A stretch of 58,503 nt of DNA from Candidatus Omnitrophota bacterium (GTDB taxonomy: Bacteria > Omnitrophota > Gorgyraeia > Aquiviventales > Aquiviventaceae), in the NCBI GenBank assembly GCA_016190215.1, contig JACPRA010000024.1:1-58503 (forward strand), read 5' to 3'. The translations under genes and the position numbers were made by a program. Of the stretch, positions 1-11,666 are shown piece after piece. The number at the start of each line of letters is the position of its first letter. Positions within the stretch are counted from its first letter, which is position 1. The notes below the pieces were generated by a model, which had not been told where the DNA came from, made no database searches, and saw only the letters and a list, made by a program, of their open reading frames with translations.

Positions 1-597
1 CCAGAGGATCTGCCACCCGCCCGCGCCCAGCACCCGGGCCGCCTGCTCCTCGTCGGTGCCCTGCGCCTCCATCAGCGGGATCAGCTCGCGCGCCACAAAG
101 GGCACCGTCACGAAGATCGTCGCCAGCACGATGCCCGGCACCGCGAAGATGATCTTGATGTGGTGCTCGGCCAGCCAGGGCCCCCACCACCCGTGCAAGC
201 CGAAGAGCAGGACATAGAGGAGGCCGGACACCACCGGCGAGACGGAAAACGGTAAGTCAATCAACGTCGTCAGCAGCGATTTTCCGGGAAATTGGAACTT
301 GGCGATCGCCCACGCGGCAGCGATGCCGAAGACGACGTTCGCCGGCACCGCGATAGCGGTGACCAGCAGCGTCAGGCGGATCGCCGAGAGCGCCTCCGGC
401 TCCACCAAGGCCGCCAGGTAGGCCTGCCAGCCGCGCCTGAGGGCTTCCGTCGCCACCACCGCCAGCGGGACCACCAGGATGAGCCCCAGCCAGGCCACCA
501 CGAGGGCGATCAAGACGGCGCGGACCACCGTCGGCTCCGTCGAGCGGGATGCCGCGGCCTTCGCCGGCTCTGTGCTCAACCGCGTCGCGCCGGCCAT
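1..597 (-). CDS. cysW: Sulfate ABC transporter permease CysW (runs off window edge)
   Basis: Manual translation from ATG at 597 (TGATG overlap with cysT stop) gives hydrophobic helices and [15 protein letters not shown] / [19 protein letters not shown] motifs; follows sbp-cysT. Confidence 0.9.
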   Translation of the reverse strand, partial: MAGATRLSTEPAKAAASRSTEPTVVRAVLIALVVAWLGLILVVPLAVVATEALRRGWQAYLAALVEPEALSAIRLTLLVTAIAVPANVVFGIAAAWAIAKFQFPGKSLLTTLIDLPFSVSPVVSGLLYVLLFGLHGWWGPWLAEHHIKIIFAVPGIVLATIFVTVPFVARELIPLMEAQGTDEEQAARVLGAGGWQILW

Positions 598-1484
598 CAG
601 CCGCTCGCCCGCCGGGCGCTCCAGCGCTGCAGCCGGTTGATGAGCCACAGCAGCGTGAATGAGCTGACCAGCATGACCACCCCGATGGCGGTGGCACCCG
701 CGTAGTCGTATTGTTCGAGCTTGGTGATGATGAGCAAGGGGGCGATTTCCGTTTTCATGGGCATGTTGCCGGCAATGAACACCACGGAGCCGTATTCTCC
801 GACCGCGCGGGCGAAGGCCAGCGTCGTGCCGGTGAGCAATGCCGGCCAAACCTCAGGCAGCATCACCCGCGTCACCGTCTGCCAGCGGCCGGCTCCGAGG
901 CTGGCGGCGGCTTCTTCGATTTCCACGTCCAGGTCTTGCAGCACCGGCTGCACGGTGCGCACCACGAACGGCAGGCTGATGAACATCAGCGCGATGACCA
1001 CCCCAAGCGGGGTGAAGGCAGCGCGGATGCCCCAGGGGGCCAACCACTGCCCGATCCATCCGTTGGGCGCCAACACCGCCGTCAGCGTGATGCCGGCGAC
1101 GGCCGTGGGCAGCGCAAAGGGGAGATCCACCAAGGCATCCAGCAGGCGGCGGCCGGGAAACCGGTAGCGCACCAGCACCCATGCAATGAGCAGCCCGGCC
1201 GCCGCGTTCACAAGCGCGGCCAGGAACGAGGCGCCGAAGCTCAACCGGTAGGCCGCCAGCGCCCGCGGTTCCGTGGCGACTTGCCAGAAGCCGTCCCAGC
1301 CCAGCGCACTAGCTTTCAAAAACGCCGCGGAAATCGGCAGCAGCACCAGCAGGCTCAGGTAGGTGAGGGTAATCCCCATCGCCAACCCAAACCCCGGCAG
1401 CACGCTGTGCCGCCTGTGAAGGCGCGGCCGATGCCTGGCGCTTTCCTTATCAGGGTTGATAGATTTGGTCAAAGATTCCACCAT
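597..1484 (-). CDS. cysT: Sulfate ABC transporter permease CysT
   Basis: [28 protein letters not shown] (EAA loop), [17 protein letters not shown]; start trimmed to ATG 1484. Confidence 0.93.
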   Translation of the reverse strand: MVESLTKSINPDKESARHRPRLHRRHSVLPGFGLAMGITLTYLSLLVLLPISAAFLKASALGWDGFWQVATEPRALAAYRLSFGASFLAALVNAAAGLLIAWVLVRYRFPGRRLLDALVDLPFALPTAVAGITLTAVLAPNGWIGQWLAPWGIRAAFTPLGVVIALMFISLPFVVRTVQPVLQDLDVEIEEAAASLGAGRWQTVTRVMLPEVWPALLTGTTLAFARAVGEYGSVVFIAGNMPMKTEIAPLLIITKLEQYDYAGATAIGVVMLVSSFTLLWLINRLQRWSARRASG

Positions 1485-2463
1485 CGTTGAAGTGCGTCTG
1501 CTGCGCCTGCTCCCAACTCCCGAAGAGCTCATCGAGCGTGAAGAGCGCAATCGGCGGGAACTGCGCCGCATATGTCGCCGCCACCGATTTGAGCCGGGGA
1601 CGGTAATAATGCTTCGCGGCGATCTCCTGCCCTGCCTCGGAATAGAGGTAGTCCAGATAGGCTTGCGCCAGGGCGCGCGTCCCGCGCCGATCCACCACCG
1701 TGTCCACCAGCGCCACCGGCGGCTCCGCCAGGATGCTGACGGAGGGGGCGATCACGTCCACCCGCCCCTCGCCCAGCTCCCGCGCCGCAAGCAGCGCCTC
1801 GTTCTCCCACGCGATGAGGACGTCGCCGATCCCGCGCTCGACGAAGGTGACCGTGGCGCCCCGCGCCCCGGTGTCGAGCACCGGCACATTCCGGTACAGC
1901 GCCGTGACGAACGCGTTCGCCTTCGCCTCGTCCCGGCCGGATTGCTTCAGGGCATAGCCCCACGCCGCCAGGTAGTTCCACCGCGCCCCGCCGGAGGTCT
2001 TCGGGTTGGGCGTGATAACCGACACGCCGGGGCGCACCAGGTCGTTCCAGTCCTTGATCTGCTTTGGATTCCCTTTGCGGACAAGGAACACGATGGTGGA
2101 CGTGTACGGGGTGCTGTGGTCGGGAAGCCGGCGCTGCCACTCCTTCGGCAGCAGCCCCGATTTTTGGCTGATGGCATCAATGTCGGAGGCCAAGGCCAAG
2201 GTCACGACATCCGCCTCCAGCCCGTCAATGACGGCGCGCGCCTGCTTACCGGAGCCGCCGTGCGATTGATCCACCGTCACGTCCTCGCCGGTTTGGCTCT
2301 TCCAGTAGGCGGCGAAGGCGGCGTTATAGTCCTGGTAGAGCTCACGGGTCGGATCGTACGAGGCGTTCAAGAGCGCCCGGCCCGGCTTCGCCCACGCTGC
2401 CGATGCCATTCCAACGCTCATGGCGATGACGAGGCCGATGCGCGCCCACCGGTCAGATCGCAT
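1450..2463 (-). CDS. sbp: Sulfate-binding periplasmic protein
   Basis: Signal peptide, then [47 protein letters not shown]. Confidence 0.95.
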   Translation of the reverse strand: MRSDRWARIGLVIAMSVGMASAAWAKPGRALLNASYDPTRELYQDYNAAFAAYWKSQTGEDVTVDQSHGGSGKQARAVIDGLEADVVTLALASDIDAISQKSGLLPKEWQRRLPDHSTPYTSTIVFLVRKGNPKQIKDWNDLVRPGVSVITPNPKTSGGARWNYLAAWGYALKQSGRDEAKANAFVTALYRNVPVLDTGARGATVTFVERGIGDVLIAWENEALLAARELGEGRVDVIAPSVSILAEPPVALVDTVVDRRGTRALAQAYLDYLYSEAGQEIAAKHYYRPRLKSVAATYAAQFPPIALFTLDELFGSWEQAQQTHFNDGGIFDQIYQP

Positions 2464-2920
2464 AGACGAGCACCTTCTTTTGCTCCTGCTGCAGGCGCTC
2501 GGTCCGGCGCAGCACATCCGCCAGGCTTTCGCGATCCAAGATCGCCGCGGTCGCATCCCGCACTTCCTTCATCACCGCGCGGATGCCGCAGGTGGCCTCA
2601 TCGTCGCACTCGTCGCATTTTTGGTACGACCGGTGGCTGACGCACGGCAGCGGGGCCAGCGGCCCATCCAGCGCCCGCATCACTTCCCCGAAGCTGATCG
2701 CCTCCGGCCGGCGCGCCAGGAAATAGCCCCCGCCTTTGCCCTTCTTGCTCTGCAGCAGGCCGGCATTCTTGAGCTCGAGCAGGATCATCTCCAAGAATTT
2801 CTTGGGGATCTGCTCCTGCTCGGCCAAGGCCGAGATCAAGACTGGGTGCGTGTCCTGATGCCTGGCCAACGCGAGGAGCGCCCGGAGCGCGTATTTGGAC
2901 TTCTTTGAAAGCATTTGCAT
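2453..2920 (-). CDS. Rrf2-family transcriptional regulator (CymR/IscR-like)
   Basis: [39 protein letters not shown] and a C-terminal Cys cluster ([17 protein letters not shown]); heads sbp-cysTW. Confidence 0.9.
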   Translation of the reverse strand: MQMLSKKSKYALRALLALARHQDTHPVLISALAEQEQIPKKFLEMILLELKNAGLLQSKKGKGGGYFLARRPEAISFGEVMRALDGPLAPLPCVSHRSYQKCDECDDEATCGIRAVMKEVRDATAAILDRESLADVLRRTERLQQEQKKVLVYAI

Positions 2921-2924
2921 TGTC

Positions 2925-2974
2925 TATACTCCCTATAGGAATAGTAGTCTATACAACACAGCCTGCCCTGTCAA
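2925..2974 (-). promoter_or_regulatory. Sigma70 promoter of rrf2-sbp-cysTW with overlapping palindromic operator
   Basis: Minus strand TTGACA (2974-2969), 17 nt, TAGACT (2951-2946), followed by an imperfect palindrome centred on CCTATAGG (2932-2939). Confidence 0.75.
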
Positions 2975-2981
2975 GGGGGTT

Positions 2982-4658
2982 TTAGTGGGGTTTTACCAGA
3001 GCGCGAGAGAGAAGTTCGCGCGCATGCGCCAGCGCATCATCAAGCTGGCTGAAGACGCGCTCTTCCCCGATCTGCGAAAGCAGGCCGGATTTTTCCAGGG
3101 CGATCCTCGGCTGCGCCTGCACGTCGGACAAGAGAAACGGCACATGGTGCTTCAGGGAGCTGTGATGCTGTTCGCGCAGCACTTGCAGCCCGGTCGCATC
3201 CATGGCCGGCACCTGGCGCATCCGCAGGATGCGCACCTTGGGCGCCTGGCTGACGATGCTCATGGCCTCCTTGAACTTGTAGGAGGCGCCGAAGAAAAAC
3301 GGGCCGGTGATTTCGTAGACTTCCACCCCGGGCGGCACGCGGCGCGTGCCGATGGCGTTGGGATCGTCCACGTCCTCCTCATCCACGAACTCGCTGGTGA
3401 CGACTTCGACGTTCGTCACTTGCGCCATCCGCCACATGAAGAGGAACGCGGAGAGCACCATGCCCACCTGGATCGCCACCGTCAGGTCCACCAGCACCGT
3501 CAGGCCGAAGGTGGCCAGCAGCACCGCCACGTCGCTGCGCGGGCTCTTCAGCAGCGTGGCGAACGAATGCCATTCGCTCATGTTGTAGGCGACCACCAGC
3601 AGGATCGCGGCCAGACACGGCAGCGGGATCAAGACCACCCAGCGCCCGACGCACAGCAGGATCAGGAAGAGGACCAGCACGTGCACGATGCCGGCCACCG
3701 GCGTGCGGCCGCCGTTGTGCACGTTGGTGGCGGTGCGGGCGATCGCGCCGGTGGCCGGGATGCCCCCGAAGATCGGCGAGCAGATATTGGCCACGCCTTG
3801 CGCCACCAGCTCCATGTTGGAGCGGTGCTTCCCGCCGATCATGCCGTCCGACACCACCGCGGACAACAGCGCTTCAATCCCGGCCAAGAGCGCGATCGTC
3901 ATCGCGCTGGGCATCAACGCCCGGATCGCCCGCAAGCTCACGGGCGGAAGGGTTGGGGCCGGCAACAGATGGGGGATCGCCCCGAACCGGCTGCCGATCG
4001 TCTCCACCGGCAGATGCCACCACTGCACCACGACGGTCGCCACCACCAGCGCGACCAGCGGGCCGGGGACGCGGCGGGATACCCGCTTCCAGAGCAGGAT
4101 GAGCAGCAGCGAACCGAGCGTGACCGCCCCGGCCCAGGGATTCCAGTGCGCCAGCGCGTAGCGGTAGGCCCCCCATTGGGCGAGAAATTCCGCCGGCACG
4201 GACGCGAGCTGCAGCCCCAACGCGTCTTTGACCTGGCCGGAACCGATGATGAGCGCGATCCCGCTCGTGAACCCGACGATCACCGGGTACGGGATGAACT
4301 TGATCGCCGACCCGAAGCGGGCGATCCCCATGATCACGAGAATCACCCCCGCCATCAGCGTGGCGATTTGCAGCCCGACCAGGCCGTACTGCTGCACGAT
4401 GTGCGCCACGATCACGACGAACGCGCCGGTGGGCCCGCCGATCTGCACCCGGCTGCCGCCCAGGACGGAGATGATGAACCCGCCGATGATCGCGGTGAAA
4501 ATCCCCCGCTCGGGAGAGACGCCGGAGGCGATGGCAAACGCGATCGCCAGGGGCAAGGAGACGATGCCGACGATCAGCCCGGCCAGGAGGTCCGAAAAAA
4601 ATTGCTCGCGCGTGTAGCCGCGCAGGGTGGTGAAGAGTTTCGGTTTGAGGATAGGCAT
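2982..4658 (-). CDS. SulP-family anion (sulfate) permease with STAS domain
   Basis: [50 protein letters not shown]; C-terminal STAS (GPFFFGA..MDATG). Confidence 0.93.
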   Translation of the reverse strand: MPILKPKLFTTLRGYTREQFFSDLLAGLIVGIVSLPLAIAFAIASGVSPERGIFTAIIGGFIISVLGGSRVQIGGPTGAFVVIVAHIVQQYGLVGLQIATLMAGVILVIMGIARFGSAIKFIPYPVIVGFTSGIALIIGSGQVKDALGLQLASVPAEFLAQWGAYRYALAHWNPWAGAVTLGSLLLILLWKRVSRRVPGPLVALVVATVVVQWWHLPVETIGSRFGAIPHLLPAPTLPPVSLRAIRALMPSAMTIALLAGIEALLSAVVSDGMIGGKHRSNMELVAQGVANICSPIFGGIPATGAIARTATNVHNGGRTPVAGIVHVLVLFLILLCVGRWVVLIPLPCLAAILLVVAYNMSEWHSFATLLKSPRSDVAVLLATFGLTVLVDLTVAIQVGMVLSAFLFMWRMAQVTNVEVVTSEFVDEEDVDDPNAIGTRRVPPGVEVYEITGPFFFGASYKFKEAMSIVSQAPKVRILRMRQVPAMDATGLQVLREQHHSSLKHHVPFLLSDVQAQPRIALEKSGLLSQIGEERVFSQLDDALAHARELLSRALVKPH

Positions 4659-4727
4659 GTTGAAGGCGAGCCGGTCACACGTTCCGCGCGCTGGGAAGAG
4701 AGTTGGGTGGTTTCGGGTCCGAACGGT

Positions 4728-6521
<1,794 letters not shown>

Positions 6522-6532
6522 GGGAACTGATT

Positions 6533-6561
6533 AGTATACGCTTGGTTTTGCCGGTCGTCAA
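6533..6561 (-). promoter_or_regulatory. Sigma70 promoter for sulfite reductase/SulP
   Basis: TTGACG (6561-6556), 17 nt, TATACT (6538-6533); only 11 nt to the ATG and no SD sequence. Confidence 0.8.
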
Positions 6562-6587
6562 TCACTCAGCGACGGTGCTGTGGGCAG

Positions 6588-6726
6588 CGGGTCCTGCCGC
6601 TTCGCGACCTCCGCCGGGGGCGGCGGAGGCCTCCCGCTTCGCGTCACCCGCTACCTTAGCCCTGAACAAGAACAAGTACCAGGCACTTGACTGAAGCCGA
6701 CGGGCTGTCGCAGGCGGCAGGACCCG
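6588..6726. repeat. Nested inverted-repeat structured element (candidate ncRNA or REP-like unit)
   Basis: 13-bp perfect IR 6588-6600/6714-6726; inner 9-bp hairpin 6608-6629; small hairpin 6673-6689. Confidence 0.55.
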
Positions 6727-6735
6727 TGGCCAGAG

Positions 6736-7116
6736 TTAGAGTGAGGTGGGGATAGGAGGGACGGGGACGAAGCGGAGGTCTTGGGGGTCGGCGATCAGGA
6801 GAAAGGGCATGCCGAATTGCTGCAGGTCGGTGAGCTGCCAGGTGGCCTGGCGGCGTTCGGGCTGCAGGCGCAGGCCGGCGTCGCCTCCGCTCACCAAATG
6901 CACGACGCCTTCCCCGGAATCGTCCACCCGACGCGCTACCGCGGGAATACAGCGGCCGATGAGCGTCCACCCGGTGACGGCGTACCACTGCGGATGCCCG
7001 GGCGTATCATGCTCGAGCCGCACGTGCGTCACCGACTGCGGCGGCTCCAGGTCGTGGAAGACCCGCAGCTCCACCGCCTCGCAGTTCGGGTTGGGGGCAA
7101 TTTCCAGCGTCAGCAT
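6736..7116 (-). CDS. Hypothetical protein, last gene of the nrfHA unit
   Basis: Globular-looking ORF directly after nrfA (alternative TTG start at 7152 overlaps the nrfA stop); no recognised motif. Confidence 0.7.
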   Translation of the reverse strand: MLTLEIAPNPNCEAVELRVFHDLEPPQSVTHVRLEHDTPGHPQWYAVTGWTLIGRCIPAVARRVDDSGEGVVHLVSGGDAGLRLQPERRQATWQLTDLQQFGMPFLLIADPQDLRFVPVPPIPTSL

Positions 7117-7148
7117 CGGCTCTATCTTGCCGATGCGCGCCGGAGCTG

Positions 7149-8483
7149 TCAATCCGTTGGTTTCGCCTTCGGTGCGTCCTGCGCCGCCACCTGGCCCTGC
7201 CGGGCGTAATCAATGGCTTCCGCGAGAATGCGGGCCGACTCTTGGGGCGCGTGGAACCCCATCGAGTTTTCAGCCGAGACGAAATCCAGGCGGAATTGGG
7301 CCTTGCGCTGGAGTGCCAAGGCGGCCTCCAGGTCGCGCGTGTCCGCCCCGCGCGCCTTGGCGGCGGCAATCGCATCCAGCAAGTCGAGCAGTGCTGCCTC
7401 GCCGCGGTCCAGCAGGGCGCGGGTGCGGCCTTGAATGGTCTCGACCCGCTCCAGCATCTCCCCTTCGGTGGCGTGATGGCATTGCAGGCAGGCCCGCGAG
7501 AGGTTCAGCAAGGGGCTGCGGATGTGGTGATCCGTCACCTTCACCGCTCCCTGCCGGTAATAGGGCATGTGGCAGTCGGCGCAGGCCACCCCGCTCTTGG
7601 CATGGATGCCTTGGTTCCACATCTCGAACTCCGGGTGCTGCGCCTTCAGGACCCGCGCGCCGGTTTCCGCGTGCGTCCAGTCTGTGAAACCCTGCGCGTC
7701 GTAATAGGCCTCGATCTGCTCGACCTTCAGGCCGTTGTGCCAGGGATAGGTGAGCATCTTCTCCGCCCCTTTGAAGTAGTACTCGACGTGGCACTGGCCG
7801 CAGACGAACGTGCGCATTTCCTGGCGGGTCGCCATCGTGTTCGGATCGTAATTCCGAATGCCCTCGGCCGCCTTGACCAGCTTGATGGCGTTCAGGAACC
7901 CCGGCCGCGTCACGCGCAATTGCATCGTCTGCGGGTCATGGCAGTCCACGCAGGCAATGGGGGAGGAGGCATGCTGCCACGCCTCCTGCAGCGGCATCGC
8001 GTTGACCTTCGCGAATCCCGCCTGCAGATCGCCTTGCCCAAGCGTTTCGTAGACGTGCTTGATCCCGCCCGCGTGGCACTGCAAGCACGCCCCCGGCTGC
8101 TTGAACTGGCGGGTGCGCAAGGTGAGCTGCTGGTCCTCCAGCGAATAGGCATGCCCGCGCTCTTCGCGGTACTCCACGCCGAAGGCATAGCCGGCGAAAA
8201 TGCGCCGCCAGGCCGGATCGGCATCCAGCTTGGAAAACGCCTCGCTGCCGCCGTAGCGCGTGCGTTCGGTGTCCACGGTGCGGCGGTACCCGTCGTACTC
8301 GCGGGGAAAGTTCTTGCCCCACTCGGCCGGATCGGTGGTCGCCTCGGTCAGCTCGGCGAGCTTCACGACGCGCTGGCGGCCTTCCTGCTTGCGCTCCGCG
8401 ATGTTGAGGAGCAGCGCCGTGACTCCCGCCGTGGCCGCCGAGGTCAGCGCGATGATCGCCAAGTATACCCAGGGTTTCCGCAT
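7149..8483 (-). CDS. nrfA: Pentaheme ammonia-forming cytochrome c nitrite reductase, CxxCH-type first motif
   Basis: FAGYAFG..YREERGH, five CxxCH, CGQCHVEYYF, KAQHPEFE, AENSMGFHAP; next to nrfH. Confidence 0.93.
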   Translation of the reverse strand: MRKPWVYLAIIALTSAATAGVTALLLNIAERKQEGRQRVVKLAELTEATTDPAEWGKNFPREYDGYRRTVDTERTRYGGSEAFSKLDADPAWRRIFAGYAFGVEYREERGHAYSLEDQQLTLRTRQFKQPGACLQCHAGGIKHVYETLGQGDLQAGFAKVNAMPLQEAWQHASSPIACVDCHDPQTMQLRVTRPGFLNAIKLVKAAEGIRNYDPNTMATRQEMRTFVCGQCHVEYYFKGAEKMLTYPWHNGLKVEQIEAYYDAQGFTDWTHAETGARVLKAQHPEFEMWNQGIHAKSGVACADCHMPYYRQGAVKVTDHHIRSPLLNLSRACLQCHHATEGEMLERVETIQGRTRALLDRGEAALLDLLDAIAAAKARGADTRDLEAALALQRKAQFRLDFVSAENSMGFHAPQESARILAEAIDYARQGQVAAQDAPKAKPTD

Positions 8484-8498
8484 CCGCAACGACTCCTG

Positions 8499-8951
8499 TT
8501 AATCCAGCGCCATGTGGCCCACCGACCGGTGGCACTGCGTGCAGCGGGCTTCCCCGCGCTCCACATCGCGGTGGGCGGCGATGTCCTGCACCAGGGCCTG
8601 GTGGCACTCGACGCAGTTGTGCTGCAATGTCGCCAAGTTGCTCTGGCGGATCCGGATCGGCTCGCGGAAGTTCTGCAAGGTAAACGCCTTGGAATGGTGC
8701 CAGCCGTTGTCCATCTTCACCAGGTATTTATCCGGGAACACATGCGGCACGTGGCAATCGTTGCAGGTCGCCACCGTGTGATGGCTCGCTTTCACCCAGG
8801 AGTCGTACTGCTCCTGCATGATGTGGCAGTTCATGCACGCCGCGGGATCATTGCTCAGATAGGCCAGCCCATCCGCGTAGCGAAAGGTAAAGAGGCCCAC
8901 GCCCAGCCCGATCCCGACCGAGATGCACACCGCCCAGGGAACCCATCGCAT
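8499..8951 (-). CDS. nrfH: Tetraheme membrane-anchored nitrite reductase small subunit
   Basis: N-terminal TM helix, YLSNDPAACMNCHIM, four CxxCH, ends CTQCHRSVGH. Confidence 0.93.
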   Translation of the reverse strand: MRWVPWAVCISVGIGLGVGLFTFRYADGLAYLSNDPAACMNCHIMQEQYDSWVKASHHTVATCNDCHVPHVFPDKYLVKMDNGWHHSKAFTLQNFREPIRIRQSNLATLQHNCVECHQALVQDIAAHRDVERGEARCTQCHRSVGHMALD

Positions 8952-10195
8952 CAGCCGCAATCTTGTCCTTGCATCACCCGTTGTTTGGCCGCGTGATGAT
9001 GGCGCTCAAACGCCTCGGGATCGGCGGGGCGCAGCACCAACGGCAGCGCAAACCCGATCCAGCCGAGCGCCGCCGCCAGCCAACTGATCGACGCGGCGGC
9101 CAGCCACCCGAAAAATCGCGGCGGATCCAGATCCGCTCCCACGCGCATGGCCGCGGCGCCGAGGATGCCGACGGCGACCAACCGCACCACCCACAACGGC
9201 CGGCGCAAGCGCTGGGCCTGGCCGGTGTGGCTGAGCACGACCATGGTGGCCACGGCGAACGTCATCAAGCTCACCCCGCCCAGCAAGGTGACATGCAGCC
9301 AAGCCACGCGATAGCGCGGGAAGATGCCCGCCCCCCACAACCCGCCCATGAGGCACCAGAGCGCGATCCACACCAGCCACGCGTAGGTGTCGCGGACCGC
9401 CGGCGGGCGCCACGGCTGCGTGGTCATGCCCAGCTCGGCCGTCACCACGGCCGCGCGCAGCAGGTACGCCGGCCCGAGCCGCCCGAGACCTTCCATGATG
9501 AAACTGAACCCGAGCAGCGCGCCGGCCATGCCATGCCAGGCCAGCCGCTGCACCCGCCGGCGCGCCAGGCGCTGAGGATCCGTCAGCGCACCCGCCGACA
9601 CGAACGCGCCGCGGCCCAAGAGGCGCGGGATGAGAAACCCGCCCACCCCCATGATGACGGCCAAGAGCCATCCTTGCTGGGCCAGCGGCCGGCCGATCGC
9701 CGCCGCCCACGGGGGCGCCACGCCGGCCTGCGAAGCGGCCAGGCACCCCAGCCCGGCGATGCCGAGCCCCAAACCGATCGGCACCCAGACCAGCTCCATG
9801 GCCGGGGCCGGACGCCCGGCGCGGCGCAGGAGCCGGCGGCCTGCGAATACCAAGAGTAGCGCAAAGAGACCGATGAGGCAACCGGACGCCGCCGGCCACC
9901 ACCCCAGGCTCAACGCAACGGCCTGCGCGGCCAGCACGGCGAAGAGACCGCCCAGCTCCATCGTCGACGCCGGCGGCGCCTCCGTAAAGCGCGGCAAGGC
10001 CGTCATTAAAAACCCGGCCACGAAACAGCTCATGAACAGCCCGGTCTGCACGGAGGCGTGAAAGAAGGCGGAGGAGGCCTCGGACCAGTGCAGCGCGTAG
10101 CCCAGCCAATGCCCCACTCCCAGGCACCCCCACACGGCGCCGAGCGGGAACAACAGCCGGAACGGCTCCCGGCGGCAATCAGCCCAGCGGATCAT
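8951..10195 (-). CDS. nnrS: NnrS-family membrane protein (NO response)
   Basis: EPFRLLFPLG, GFLMTALPRF, HVTLLGG, VVLSHTG; multi-TM. Confidence 0.8.
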   Translation of the reverse strand: MIRWADCRREPFRLLFPLGAVWGCLGVGHWLGYALHWSEASSAFFHASVQTGLFMSCFVAGFLMTALPRFTEAPPASTMELGGLFAVLAAQAVALSLGWWPAASGCLIGLFALLLVFAGRRLLRRAGRPAPAMELVWVPIGLGLGIAGLGCLAASQAGVAPPWAAAIGRPLAQQGWLLAVIMGVGGFLIPRLLGRGAFVSAGALTDPQRLARRRVQRLAWHGMAGALLGFSFIMEGLGRLGPAYLLRAAVVTAELGMTTQPWRPPAVRDTYAWLVWIALWCLMGGLWGAGIFPRYRVAWLHVTLLGGVSLMTFAVATMVVLSHTGQAQRLRRPLWVVRLVAVGILGAAAMRVGADLDPPRFFGWLAAASISWLAAALGWIGFALPLVLRPADPEAFERHHHAAKQRVMQGQDCG

Positions 10196-11315
10196 CGAGC
10201 CGATTGGAGTCAGGCCCCCAGGCGCGAGGACGGTAGGCGCAGGCGGGATCCTCCGCGAGGTAATCGCCGGTGACGGCGTAGGCCCGCGCCCGGGACCCGC
10301 CGCAGACGCCGCGGAACTCGCACGCCCCGCAGCGGCCCTTCAACGCTCCAAGATCCCGAAGCTCGCGGAACACGGGCGCGTCCCGGTACACGTCGGCCAA
10401 GCGCGCCTGCCGAATGTTGCCGGCTGAGATCGGCAGGAACCCGCTGGGGCAGATGTCCCCGCGGCAGGACACAAACACGTGGCCCTTGCCGGCATTGACG
10501 GTCTGCGGCGCGGACTGGACGGATCGCGTGTGCGCGGCCGGGACCGGCGCGGCGGCATCGCCCTCCGAGGCGGCGCGCCGCTGTTGAAGAGCGTAGCGGC
10601 GGTAGGCCATGCCTTCGGTGATCTTGACGGTGAACGGGGCGCGGCGGGCCAGCGCATACACCTGGGCGAAGAGCTCTTCGCACTGCTGCGGGCTCAGGCC
10701 GGTGAGCGCGCTGCCCCGCCCGACCGGCACCAACACAAACACCTCCCAAAATACCACCCCCAGCCGCTCCACGCGCGCCATCAGGCTGGGGAAATCCTCA
10801 AAGAAATCCGCAGTCACCACGCTGTTGATCTGCAGCGGCAATCCGACCTGGTGGGCCCACTCCGCGGCCTGCATCACGAGATGGAAGGCGCCCGGCGCGC
10901 CGCGAAACCGGTCGTGCGCCTCCGGGGTGCCGGCATCGAGGCTGAGCGCCATCTGATCCAGGCCGGCGTCCTTCAAGCCGGCGACGGCATCGGCGGTCAG
11001 CCGCGGGGTGGCCGCCGGGATCGTGCCTACGCGCAGCCGCCGGGATTTGGCGTGCCGGATCAACGCGGGCAAATCGGGCCGCATGAGGGGATCGCCGCCG
11101 CTGAGCACCAACAGCGGCGCGCCCATGTCGGCGACCTGGTCCACAAGCTCCATACCCTCGGAGGTGGTCAGCTCATCGGGCAGCGGCAGCGGCTGCGCCG
11201 AGGCGCGGCAGTGCCCGCAAGCCAACGCGCATGCCCGCGTCGTTTCCCAAATGACGAGGAACGGCGTCCGGTCGAAATCCATCGCCCGCGGCATGCCGGG
11301 TCGGCCGTCAGTCAT
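10179..11315 (-). CDS. Radical SAM/SPASM protein, AhbD/NirJ2-like (heme b synthase-like)
   Basis: VIWETTRACALACGHCRASA, VNAGKGHVFVS..GDICPSGFLP, GRCGACEFRGVCGGSRARAYA..EDPAC. Confidence 0.8.
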   Translation of the reverse strand: MTDGRPGMPRAMDFDRTPFLVIWETTRACALACGHCRASAQPLPLPDELTTSEGMELVDQVADMGAPLLVLSGGDPLMRPDLPALIRHAKSRRLRVGTIPAATPRLTADAVAGLKDAGLDQMALSLDAGTPEAHDRFRGAPGAFHLVMQAAEWAHQVGLPLQINSVVTADFFEDFPSLMARVERLGVVFWEVFVLVPVGRGSALTGLSPQQCEELFAQVYALARRAPFTVKITEGMAYRRYALQQRRAASEGDAAAPVPAAHTRSVQSAPQTVNAGKGHVFVSCRGDICPSGFLPISAGNIRQARLADVYRDAPVFRELRDLGALKGRCGACEFRGVCGGSRARAYAVTGDYLAEDPACAYRPRAWGPDSNRLDDPLG

Positions 11316-11508
11316 CAAAGGGCCACCCCCCGCCGTTGCGTGTGAAAACGCAGCGGCGCTCGAAGCAGGGCGCGTGCTTATCCAAGCAGTTGACGATCTT
11401 CCAATCGCCGTTCGCCGGCTTGATGAGAATCGCCCACGCCTCTCTGTCGAAAAATCGGCAATGCTTGGGCAGGTATTTCGCGGCGGGTTGCGCGGATTGA
11501 TTCGGCAT
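11308..11508 (-). CDS. Small 4-Cys protein, paralog of 27195-27392
   Basis: 31/54 ungapped identities with the 27195-27392 product; 3' end overlaps the start of the downstream radical SAM gene; start 11508 or 11535. Confidence 0.8.
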   Translation of the reverse strand: MPNQSAQPAAKYLPKHCRFFDREAWAILIKPANGDWKIVNCLDKHAPCFERRCVFTRNGGGWPFDD

Positions 11509-11541
11509 CGGCGACGTGAGCGGCGGTGGAATCATGGGTGT

Positions 11542-11666
11542 GGTGTAGGGTGAAGGGTCAACGGTGAAGGGAAAACAGAATCGGTACGCATAAGGCGGCC
11601 TATGTTGTTCTTCAAACCTTCACCCTTCACCGAGAGCGCCATAGAGTCATTAGGATAGGCGCTCTC
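11542..11666. repeat. Heptamer-built inverted repeat plus hairpin
   Basis: GGTGTAG GGTGAAG GGTCAAC GGTGAAG (11542-11569) versus CCTTCACCCTTCACC (11617-11631); 9-bp stem GAGAGCGCC/GGCGCTCTC (11632-11666). Confidence 0.65.

Noticed and set aside
6582-6731. SAM riboswitch, SRP RNA or 6S RNA assignment for the structured element
   Set aside because: Diagnostic sequences are not visible, and the element lies upstream of the sulfite reductase promoter, so it is not in that leader
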